A stretch of DNA of 64,000 nucleotides, taken from NCBI GenBank assembly GCA_977017575.1, contig CDRNVI010000155.1, forward strand, positions 2,985-66,984. Direction: 5' to 3'. The translations under genes and the position numbers were made by a program. The DNA comes from Paramoeba atlantica (Eukaryota > Protista > Discosea). The notes beneath the pieces were generated by a model. It was not told the origin of the DNA. It did not search any database and was given only the letters and a program-made list of their open reading frames with translations. Below are positions 1 to 11,272 of the stretch, piece by piece (position 1 is the stretch's first letter; every line of letters begins with the position of its first letter).

Positions 1-472
1 AAGGGTTTTGGACCCGAGACAACACTGAATTGACTGTATGTCCTCCTGTTTTGGCAATGTGTAAATAGAAAAGAGAGCTTCCTTCTGAAATGTTGACTCG
101 TGGGTTGGGCGGTTCGACAAAAGTGAAGGAGAGAGGGGGAGGAGACGGTGATGAGGAGTTGTGTTGGTTTGGTTGGGGGGAATGATTTTCTTTGGGCAGT
201 CTTGGTCGGCGGGATTGTAAAAGAGAAAAGAACAAGGCGAAGAAGAAAAGCACCTTCAAAAAGTCCATTTGAAAAGAGAAGAAGAAGAGAAAGAAGGGGT
301 GGGTAACTTGCTGAAGAAGAGGAAGTAGGAGTAGAAGAAGAAGAGGAAGTGGGAGTAGAAGAAGAGGAAGAAGGAGCCTCAAGCAATTCGCCTGAAATAG
401 CCGCAGCAGAGAACAGAACAAGGGTCGGAGAAAGGAACAAGAAAAAGAACAAAAAGAAGAAAGGAAAAAAAA

Positions 473-2342
473 CACGCAGGGCTAAAGTCAGAGAAATTGT
501 CGCGCTAAATTCAGAAATTGTCATTTTCATTTTATTTAATTTCGTGCATTTCTGACACTTCCTTCCTCTCATGTTTTGTCATCTTCCCTTTGTTGGAGGG
601 GACCTTATACCATGCAGGACACATCCAAAACACATCATAGAACTCACAGCCCCACCAATCACGTCCAATTCGACATGTTTTTTGACATCCAGTCTTACAC
701 TCTCGTGTTTTTTGCTCTCTCTCCTTCTCTCTGAGGGTTCTCTCTCTCAACAATTTTCTTTTCTCTTTCTCTCTTTTTCTCAATTCTTTTTTGCTCTTGC
801 TCTTCTCTTTTCTTTTGTCTCTCTTGGGCCTTTTTCTCTTTCGCAAGTTTCTTTTCTTTTCCTTTTCTCCTCCTCCATCACATCTGCAGGGTCATACCCA
901 CGATTTTTTTTCACAGCGCTGGTCACCCTCTTAATTTTCTTCCCCTCCTCACTTGCCTTCTCAACTGTCTTTTCAACCACCAAGGTGACTTGTTGTGTCA
1001 TTTTCTCGACAAAGTACTCGTGCTCTGAAGTGGGTGTAAATCCAGCATCATCCCCACCAGGCAGGTGGTTCTCCTTGGCCAACTGAAGGATTTTCTTTTC
1101 AGAAAAAGGGAACAAACCAGTCTCCTTAAACACTTTGGCAATAGTCTTGGCTGTGAAGGCTTTCTTTGCATCTTGGAGGACAAAGTCAATAAAAGAAAAC
1201 ACATTGGTCCGAGAAAACATTTGTAAATAGGCATGCTCCCTCGTGATGTTGGTTACTTGCTGTTTCAGGCTCCAAATAAAAGGTTATCAAGTGGCTGTGA
1301 CCAGTGTGAGGTGTGGGTGACTAGAAAACACAAAGAGACCTGTTTTTCAAAAGCCTTTTGGATCACTTGGATCTGATGATGGGAGCCAAGGTTGTCTCCT
1401 AAGCATCTTCATTCCACTCCAGGGTGCAAAATATTCCATCTTGAGACAAAATCCTCCATAATTTGTTGGAAAACAACATCATTAATATATCCTGACTTAG
1501 TAAAGAAGAGAAGAGAGGGAAGTTGGGCAGATCAAGTTCGTTTTGAGGTGTTTGGAAGATCGAGGTGGACAGTTGCAGTGTCCCCATCACTGAATTTGGC
1601 AGCAAACACAAAGTATGTCGCAAGGGTCATTCCGTCAGCCCCCACAAAGGGTAGTAGAAAGGTTCCACAGTGTGTCCCCTTGATACTTGACCAATTTTGA
1701 GACTTCTTAACTTTCTTGCTCACCAACTGCTTAATCCGCAATTTACCCTCCTGAGTCAGCAGAATCTGGCACTCATCATAGTTGACAAATGCAAATGAAA
1801 GTGGCGTTCACATCACAAAAAACTTCTTCATCTTTTCAAGAAAACAGACAGTTTCATCATAAAGATGACCAGAAGCTCAATCCTTCGAGAGAGGGGTGGT
1901 ATTTCCGAGGCCTAAGTCGTCTGAATGCTTCTTCAAAAAACGTTGGATTATTGAGCGTGAGATTTCCTTCAAAAACATATCTTCTGCTGCTTTATGCATT
2001 TGATCCACTGTCCATGGTTTCTGAATATTCACCAAAGCAATTGCAATGTAGAGGAGAGACTTCTGTTCTTCCTCTGTCAGGCAGGAATTGCCATGAACTT
2101 CACCAGGCTGTTTCCTCCAGTAATAGGCCTTACTGACCGCATTTTCGCTCTTCCCAATTTCTCTACCATGGATCTTACAGGCCTCACCAACCAAGTGACC
2201 CTTTTTGAGAAGCTTTTGGATGTCCACAACGAGATTGGCGTACGCCATAACCCAGAACAAAACAAGTTGTTGTCCGTTCCAACAAACACGAAAATGACAA
2301 TTTGTGATTTTAGAGCGACAATTTCTGACTTTAGCCCGCATG
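473..2342 (-). mobile_element. pogo/Tc5 (Tc1/mariner superfamily) DNA transposon, degenerate
   Basis: Imperfect inverted ends of about 55 bp: left cacgcagggctaaagtcagagaaattgtcgcgctaaattcagaaattgtcattttc (473-528) vs the reverse complement of about 2290-2342. They enclose a DDE_1 transposase relic. Flanks are AA/AA rather than the canonical TA. Confidence 0.8.
532..2248 (-). pseudogene. CENP-B-like HTH + DDE_1 transposase with stops/frameshifts and a C-terminal Cys cluster
   Basis: ATG 2248 (MAYANLVV...), HTH_Tc5-like segment (LTEEEQKSLL...WTVDQM...ISRSIIQRFLKKH), and manual translation of 1440-1260 giving HPGVE*RCLGDNLGSHH...FLVTHTSHWSQPLDNLLFGA*, which are DDE_1 motifs. Confidence 0.85.
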
Positions 2343-2599
2343 AAAAGTTTGTTTTTCGATTTTTCTTTTATCAAAAAGTTTTGGTTTTTTGGTTTTTTTT
2401 TTTTTGACTTTCTTTCAACACAAACTCACAGTCTCGACTTGTGGTTCTTTGAACCTCATTCTCAAGACCAACTCATTCTTGGAATGAAGCTCTGGTCAGC
2501 AGCTCAGGAAGAGTAAATTCGCAAAGTAAAATTCTTGAGGAGATGTTTTGGTATTCATATGATCCTCACAAGCAAGAGAAATGATACGTGAAAGTGAAA

Positions 2600-3601
2600 T
2601 AAATAAGGGAGGGGGAAAGTGGAATCAGGCTCAAAAAAAAGACTGTTTTCCTTTTCGTTTGGCTGGTTTGATATTTGAAATGGGGCGAAAATCCTAAACA
2701 ACACAACACAATGAAAAAACAGAATCGAACAAAGAGAAAAGGAAAGAAAACTTTCGAAAGAAAAACAAGGGAAGAAAAAGAAAGGAAAACTTGAATTGCT
2801 TTTGCAACATCTGGATGACCATACTGGATTGCTTTTTGTTCGGGTGTGCTCCCAAAGAAATCTGTTCAGAAGAAAAAACGATTTCTCTTTTAGTTTGTTG
2901 TTTGTTTGATTTTGAGAAAAATCTTTCCCTCAAAACTACTTCACTTTCACAAAAAAAAAATGTGAAAGAAGAAAAAGAAGAAAAAGAAGAACCGATTATC
3001 TTTGGATCTGCGCCACTTTGCAGAAGAATTAAAGTAATCTCAACAGACCCACCAAAAGCTGCTTTATGTAAAGGACTCTTTATGTAAAGGAGAAGAGAAA
3101 GAGAAGAGAAACAAATAAAAAGAGAGAAAAAAAGGAAGAACATCAGAGGGGAAAGAAAAAAGAGAAGAAGGAAAATAAAAATAGAAATAAAAAGAAATAC
3201 TTGATTAGTATCATCAAGTACATTGACATCTGCTCCAAATTTTATTAATAATTTTGTTGTCTCAACCAACCCTCGAAGTGCGCTGTGGTGGATTGGTGCC
3301 TATCATGTCAAAGAGAAAAAGGAAAGAGAGAAAGAGAGAGGGGGGGGGAAAGAGATAAAGAGAGGGAGGAGGAGGAATGAAGAGGGGAATATGAGAAAAA
3401 GAAGAGAAGAGAAAAAAGAGAAAAAAGAGAAAAAGAGAAAAGAGAAAAAACCCAACGAATAAAGCCCTCCGTTGGTATTTCATTGACAAGAGCAAGAGAG
3501 TTCTCTTCTTTCTGAAGACGCTCTTCCAATTCCTTCACCCCACCAACTTCAGATTTGGGGTTGAGGTTCTCAATAATCTCCCCAATTGACCGACCATTCA
3601 T
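2600..3601 (-). CDS. ankyrin-repeat protein (multi-exon; 3' end approximate)
   Basis: Spliced exons read W-APIHHSALRGLVETTKLLIKFGADVNVLDDTNQ / SPLHKAAFGGSVEITLILLQSGADPKII, matching the ankyrin consensus. GT-AG pyrimidine-rich introns. Confidence 0.75.
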
Positions 3602-4316
3602 CTCTCTCTTTTCTTCTTTTCACGCACTTCTCTTTTCTTTCACCCACTCTCTTTTCTTTTTCTTTCTCTTCGTAATAATTTCCCTTTTCGCAAAAGAAAC
3701 TATTACAAAGCGAACAATCCTGCTCTCCTTTCTTCTAAAACCCTTTCCCCCTCAAATCTTTACAAAAGAAAATCAGGCCAAAAAAGTTTAAATTTTAGCG
3801 TCAATTCCCTATTCTTTAAACACAAAAAAAAGGAGGAAAAAAGGAGGAAAAAGAAAAGGAAGAAGAGAAGAGAGACAGGAAACGATGAAAATCTTGTCCT
3901 TGTCAATTCATTCAAAAGTTTTTCAAGGTTTTTCTTGAACCCGAAAACCAGCAAAGAGACAGCAAAAGTTCAGGCAAAAACTCAACAACCGAGAAGCGGT
4001 GAATCGAGATGCCAAGGGCCAAAAATCGAACAAGAAGAAACAAGAGAGGAAGAACCCGAGACAAAAAAAACAAGTCAGCAAAAAAGAAGGGTCCGCAATA
4101 CAACAAGAAGAAAACAAAAATGGAGAAAAGATCTTTTTGAGAATCCCGAATTATCCATTTTTGGGAATTTTTCTTTTCTGGAGTGATACACACGTCATCA
4201 AATTTTACACAAATTCTGTCCCCGCTTTTTTTTTCTCTTTCTTTTTGTTTTTTTGCTTTTTGTTTTTGGTTTCCGAGAGCCCCGAAAGACTAAGCGCTTT
4301 TCCTTCCGAGGGGAAA

Positions 4317-7300
4317 ATGTCTCCTTCTCTTTTGTTGTTGTCCTTTTTTTTGTTTTGTGTTTGTGATGTTGTTCTTTGTAATGAAGAAGGCCGCCCAAAG
4401 TTAGTCAAGGGAACTTTGAGTGAAGGAAGAAAGAACTTTTTGGGGGGCGAGTATGAATGGATTCAATCAGCTTTTGAGTTTGATCAACCTCTTTATTTGA
4501 ACGAACCAATTATTTGTGCAGATTTAGAACAGAGTTGTCCTCCTCTTGATTGTGTTCCATGTGATTGGACAACACCTGAAAAGGCAACTTCTTGTTGGGA
4601 TGAGCAGTGTTGTACCCCTTCTGTTCCAATTCAAGAAAAAGAACGTTGGTGCCCAAATTCAACAACAACGAATCCACCACCACCGTTCACCGCAATCAAA
4701 GTGAATGAAAAATCAGAAATTTTCAAGATGGATGCTCAAGAAGAAAGATCCTTTCGAGTTTTTATTGGCGAGGATTTATATTGTCACCCCATTTTGCTTG
4801 CGATGCGATCCTTGTATGGGAATCACAATCTCTTCATCTCATCAATAGTTCCCACCCCAAACTTTGGGGATATCTTTGTGGTTCCTGGGACATACTACAG
4901 ACAAAATCTTTTTAGTTATGGTCAATCGAATACAGTCCTTTGTCCGGGAACCAGGGGATATACACCTGGAACCTATTCTCTTTTAGTCACAGCTTATGAA
5001 GCAACAGAGTTTTATTTTGAGATTGTTTCTGCTCCTGATCCTCTTCCTCAACCTCCTCCACCTGAAGTTGTGTCATGTGATTCTGTTCCTCCTGAGGTTC
5101 TTGTTACACCCGAAGGAGATCAAGCAATTTGTTTGGAAGATGGAAAAACTGTTACAATTGATACACAAGTTTGTTTTCTTGAAAAGAATTTTTTTTTTTA
5201 TTCTTCTTTGGTGGGTGGTGTTTAAACACACTTCAAAATAGGGAAGTGCCTCAAATACCATTAAGGGTTCCTTCATACTCCCTGTTCCTGAAGGATGCCA
5301 TTCTGTCACATTTTCAGCACAGAATTTAAAATCAGAGTCTTTTGCAGATCCTGATCCTGTCTGCCTTCCTCCTGATATTGATGAAAATTGGGCAGATACT
5401 GGTGCTCTTGCAAGGTGTGACAACCTTTTTTTTTTCTTGGTTCAAAAAAATAATCCCCTCACTCTTCTTTTTCTCTCTCTCTCTCTCTCTCTTAAAAGAT
5501 GGACTGCTGGAGATGATTATCTTTCTTTCTTTGGATGCTATTCGAAAATAACTTATATTCGTTGCTCTGCTTTCATGTTTCTTGGAGGGAATATTAGTTT
5601 TATTTGGTCATCAACCTCACCTTTCTTGAGAACCCCGATTGTTGATGTATTGCCGATCCCTCTTGCAACAATGTCTGGGCTTAGTGCTTTGGGAACAATC
5701 AGAGATGGTACCCCGATCTGTGGGGGTTTTACTGGTTGTCCCTCCTGGCTTCTTCCACCTGTCTCTGATCCCCTAACCTTTTGGCCTCCACCTGATCTCC
5801 CATTTTTCCCCCTTGGACATTATGATCCTTTACCCATGGATTTAATTTCCTTGGAGGTTCTCCAAAATACAGGTTTTTTTTTATTATTCCCCTCTTCTCC
5901 CTTCTCCCTCCCCCCCCCCTTTTTTTTTTTTTTCTATGAGGAGGAAATAATAATCCATATGTCTTCTCTCTCCTTTTGTTTTCTCTTCTTTTTTTGTTTT
6001 GTGTAGTGATTTTTATGGACACAACTCTCCGAGCTGGACGGACATATGGCTCAAGAGAAGGACAACTTCAAGAAGGATCCATTGCATTTTTCTCTCTCAC
6101 CAATGCTGATGGCTTACCTCCAATCTTCCCACCATCTTCTGCTCCCCCACTTGAAGATGAAGCTGATTTTTTCGATTATATCTCAAATATTCGTTATGCT
6201 GACTTAGTCCCAAGAGAGAAGACTTGTGACCAAGAGAAATTTCAAGGGATGAGGGAGTTAATTGAGGAAATGATTTCTTCAATTACAACTTCTTCTTCAA
6301 CAAATGCTTCAATGTTCACGGTTTGTGCCACAGAAAGAACCAGACCAGACAAAAGTCATTATTTTATTTTCTCTTTTTGTCACTTACTCTCTCCTTTCTT
6401 CCTTCTTTTTAGTACTATGTGGAGTTGTTCAATACACAATTGGTCAATCGAGATTGCATTGAATCACTCATCTCACTCTTCCCAACTGAAATCAGAACAA
6501 CAACTCTCAGTGGACTTAGTTGCTTTTTTGAAGAAGGGACAATTGAATGGGAGGAAGATCCTTGTTGTAATCGGTTCCGTCTGGTCTCTTTCTCCATTTT
6601 GTCTTAACTTTTTTCTTCTTTGTAAAAACAATTCTCATCTCCATTTTCTTTCTTTTTTTTTAAGGCAAATCAATGTTGCAGATTCAAAACTTCTTCCATT
6701 GAAACAACAGGATTCGTTTATGAAGAACAAGATGAACTGACTTGTCGAACTGAGGAATGCACCTCTTCTTATTTTTCTGACTTTTTACGATCATACAATG
6801 ACCAATTTGATCGGGTGATTGGGTGTTCTCCTTTGTTGCCACCGGTTTCTTTTTCTTATTTTCATATTCGAGTTATTTCTTTTTGTTTTCTCACAATGTG
6901 AGATTTTTTTAGAGGGAACAAACGAATGCTGAATTAAAACTGAAAGTCCCTGAATTGGAAAAAATGCGTTCTTGTCTGAACAAAGTCGGTTTTGGAGGTT
7001 TCTTTTTTTTTGGTGTTCTCTCACACACCCTTCTTCTTCTTCTCCTGCAAAAGATAAATTGAACCCTCCTTTTTTTGTAGACCGATTTTTAGGAGTTCCT
7101 TGTACTCAAGATGATGAGTGTCCTGAAAAATGCAACAAAAGAACAGGGATTTGTGATGTTGGGATGGCTAGTGAACTTGAAGATGCTTTTCTTACTTGTT
7201 ATATTGAGCAGATTTCTCCTTTTACTGAGGTAAAACTCCCACCAAAAATAATCAATATTAATATTCCAAATCAAAAATTTTAAGATTATTCAAAGTAATT

Positions 7301-10300
7301 TTCTATTGGGAACGAAATTAAATTCACACCACACAGGATTACATTCGGAGAAAAATCCTCTCAACTGATGAACAACACTTGTCTCGTGAATCAAAGGAAT
7401 TCTTTTCTGTATTGAAGAAATATGCATCAATGAATGATTGTGTGAATCTCCAGTCTCCTCTTGATATTTCTCAGAGAACAAAAATTGTCCTTGATCACAG
7501 AGAATTGAGCAGCACACCACCATGCCCGAATCCATTACAATTTTGTCTTGCGAATGAAATTTGTATTTATAATCACATCCAATGTTCACCTGCTTTTGTC
7601 CCTCGACTTTCTCAAAATTTGTTCAAGTTATCAGAATCCTCCCCTGAATCTTGTGCTGCTGTGGCTTGTAGTGGTGAGTGTCTTGCTGAGCCATTTTGTG
7701 GTTTCTGTTTTGAGGATGGTGCAGAGGATTCATGTCAACATGTTGAAGAAGGAGGTGTTTCTCAAGAGGAATGTGAGAATTCTCCTGGCGCTTGTCGGGC
7801 TCCAAATGGGACAATATTTTCAAATCTCTCTGAGGAGGAGTGCAATCAAATTCAGGTTTTTGGGCCTTCTCTCTATTTTTTTTTTGGAGAGAGGTGATTT
7901 TTTGAATCAAATTTTCAAAAAAATAATCTTTGATTTTTCAGGGAGAATGTTCGATTCTTTGTCATGATGAGCAATGTGTTTCAGCATCCCAATCTGATGA
8001 TGGAGTTTGCGAAGTTTTTGATGCAGAAGGAGAGGGGGAGTGTGATGGTCTTGGTGGGACATGGGTGTCTTCTTCGTGTCTTGTTGGTTCCATCACAAAA
8101 TCGGAGTGTGAGGTTTGGGAATTTCTTTTTTTCTTCAAATTTCTTTTTTCTTTTTTTTGACAAGAAAAATATTTGTTTTTTAAAGGCATCTTTCCAATCA
8201 TCCCAATGGATTCTTTGTGGAGAACAAGATGAAAGTTCTTGTTCTTCAAGTTCAACAGCTCCTTTCTCTTATTTGGGTTGCCAGTGGAGATCAGTTTCTC
8301 GTCCCTGTTCAGGGAAAGAAGAGTGTGAAAGTGCAGGAGAATGTTCAGATTCACATTTTCTTCATCTTTTGGGGTCGGGGGAGACAGCAGGATGTCTCTC
8401 TGCTGGGATTTTCCCTATTTCAACATCTGAAAGTCAATTCCCACTTCCAAGTTTTGGGTTTAACGAAACTCTTGATTCCCCACTCGGGTTTCTTCTTTCT
8501 TTGGAGGCCATAGACAATGAAGAGGATTGTCTTGAGCGGGCAGACTTTGAAGGTGCTTTTATTTGGGTGGAGGGTGCTAAGAGTGAAGAAGAATGTGTGA
8601 AGAGAGAGCTTGGGAAGTATGGTTGTAAACTTCCTCAGAGTATTTTTTCAATTTTGTTTCTCTATGATGAGGAGGAGTGTGAGTGTGCTGGTGGAACATT
8701 TTTGCCTGCTTGGAGGTTTTTATTTTCTTTTTTCGAATATATTTCAAGAAAGAGAAGGATTTAAAATCTTGTTGATGAGGAGGCTCAGCCTCATTCTCAT
8801 TTTTCTCTCTCTTATTTTTAGTTGGAGTGTTGGGGAATGGAAAGTGCCAAATTTTTTGCCTCTTCAATGGATTGAAGATGAACCACTTGCTGTGTATGAA
8901 TATGTTGAGTCTTTGTCTTATTTTACACTGGAAAGTTGGGTCCTTTCAAGTGTTGAGGAAAGAATTATTCTTTCTACTCTTGCTGCTTTGACCTGTGAAC
9001 ATAATTTTACGTCTGTGACGGCAGATTGGTTAATTTGTGATTGTTATTCAACTAGTTCAGAAGGTTTTTTGTTTTTAATTTTTTTTACTTCTCTATTTCT
9101 TTTTGTCTTAAATGAATGATGAGGGGAAAGGCTTTTCTAAAAATTCTCTTCTCCTTAGAATGTTTAGCTCCCTCTGCATCAAAAGTAGGATTTGGGAGAG
9201 TTTGTGCAAATCTCTCATCAACTTTGATTATTCCTTCTGCTCATATTATCTTCAATGATCAATCTATCAGGTCATATTTTTCTCTTAAGTTTCTATTTCA
9301 AAATTTCTCTTGTTGAGTTGGTTGAAACAGGGAAGGGTGTGTTGACATGGATTTGGCATTCCTTTCTCATGATGGATTCTCATTTTTGAAGAAAAAACCA
9401 TCAATCACAATCCAATTTGCAGTTCGAGAATTTTTTTTTCTTTTCTAAATTTTTTTAGTTTTAATTTTTGGGTTTGTCTCACATTCCTTTGTCTTTTTAG
9501 CAACCACAAAACTCAGGGGTGGTTGTCAATCAAAAAGGTGTGACTGTTGGCACACTTGTGGGTGATGGAGTTGAGATTTCTCTCTCTCTCAGGTTTCGTT
9601 GTTTCAATCTCAATTCATATTAAATTCAACTCTTTTGTTTACCTCTTTCTTTTTTTCTCTCCTTATAGATCATTTGGAAACGGAATCTCTTCAATTGGAG
9701 TATTTGATATTTGTTTATATATTCGTGAAGGAACCAATTCTTCTCTTCCAAAAAGACACAATGTTCCTGATTTTGCTCTGCTTACTGGAGAAGATTCAAT
9801 GGAAGTTCAGTATTTTGAAATCAATTCTACTGTCAGTTCTGGCTATTTGTTTTGGTGTGTGTCCATTGAAGATGTTTCTGGTTTAATTAACAAGACCAAG
9901 AAGACCAAGACCAACAAAGAGGAGGAGAGCGACGACAACCAGTTCACCCTCTTTCCTGTATATCGAGTAGAAAATGGAGAAGATGAAGATGTTTATTCAA
10001 CCAGATCAGTCATTTTAGCATATATTTTGGCTGGAACTTATTTAGTTTTGTTTTGCTTCTACACTTTCCTTCTTCTCTTTAATATTAAGCGATTCCAAAC
10101 TTTGTTGGGAACTTTTGTACCATTTCTTTTTGTGGCTGTGTGTGCTTTTCGATCAACATACTTTTTGATGTGGGCTCAAGAGCAATTTGTTGAGCCTGAT
10201 GAGGTGGTTGAGTTTGTTCTCTTTGAAACACCTTCTTTCTTTCTTTTATTCCTTTTGTTGGTGTTGATCTATTGTTGGAAATCAATTACAAAGCGAAGGT

Positions 10301-11109
10301 TTTTTCTTTTTTCAAAAGTTTTGGTTTTGGTTTGTTTTTGTCTCACTGTTAACTGAATAATAATAGACATGGAGAAATTGGCAATATCTATCAACGAGAG
10401 CTGGTATTCGGGTGTTTGGTCATTTTGTTGTATGTCGCAATTATTATTGCTGCTGTTGTTTTGGCGGAGAATGATTCTGATGATACATCAGCGTGTCCAG
10501 GACGCGCTCCAGTGGATGATTCAAGTCTTGAAGATTCCATGAAGACATTGTCTATTGCTTATACATCTATTATTACTTTTATAACCCTTGTGTTGACTGC
10601 AATGGCGTTCTATGAAGCTCGTGATGTTTTGAAGATGATGAGAAAAGGTTCATTTTTGTTGTTGTGGTTTTTCTCTGGTCTCGTCAAAACAAAGAAAATC
10701 TAACAGTTAACTGTTCTCTCTTTCTTGTTCAGGTTTTTTCACGGCCTTCTTTTATGTTCCTGCCTCTCGATTCACCTTCGTCTTCATGATCTTTTTCTTA
10801 ATCCGATGTATCCTCTTCCTGGTCATCTACACAGCCGACATCACCTCCGATATCTTCATCTTCGTCCTCCTAATGACATGCGAAGTAATCCCCTGTATTA
10901 TCTTATGGCTCGAAGTTGTACGCGTAGCAGTAAAACCAATATCAGAATCACATTCTTCAAGAAGAGCGAGCAAAAATTCATCTTCCATGGGACCTGTTTC
11001 TATGGGGGTTCACTCTTTACCTCCTGTGTCTCCTCGTGCAAGTGCAAGTCATACTTTTGTTCGTAATGGTACAAGTAATCTTGCTGCGTCTCAGGCTACC
11101 AGGTTGTGA
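4317..11109 (+). CDS. large secreted-ectodomain 7TM protein; Cys-rich N-terminus, C-terminal THH1/TOM1/TOM3 (GPR137-like) 7TM domain; multi-exon
   Basis: Signal peptide MSPSLLLLSFFLFCVCDVVLC at 4317 and many Cys-rich exons at 6.9-8.8 kb. Seven hydrophobic helices at 10.0-10.9 kb with FRSTYF, FETPSFF, LIRCI and CEVIP motifs. Stop at 11107-11109. Confidence 0.7.
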
Positions 11110-11272
11110 GAAAAAAAAAATGTCTCAAAAATTGTTTGCTGTTGAAATAAAATTTTATCTATCTTTTAAAAAAAATTTTTTTTGTCTAATTATTTTATCA
11201 TTTTTTTTTGACTCTTGAGAAAAAAGATGATTTTTCTTCACCAACAGTGTCACTTTATTTTTGGTTTCTTTT

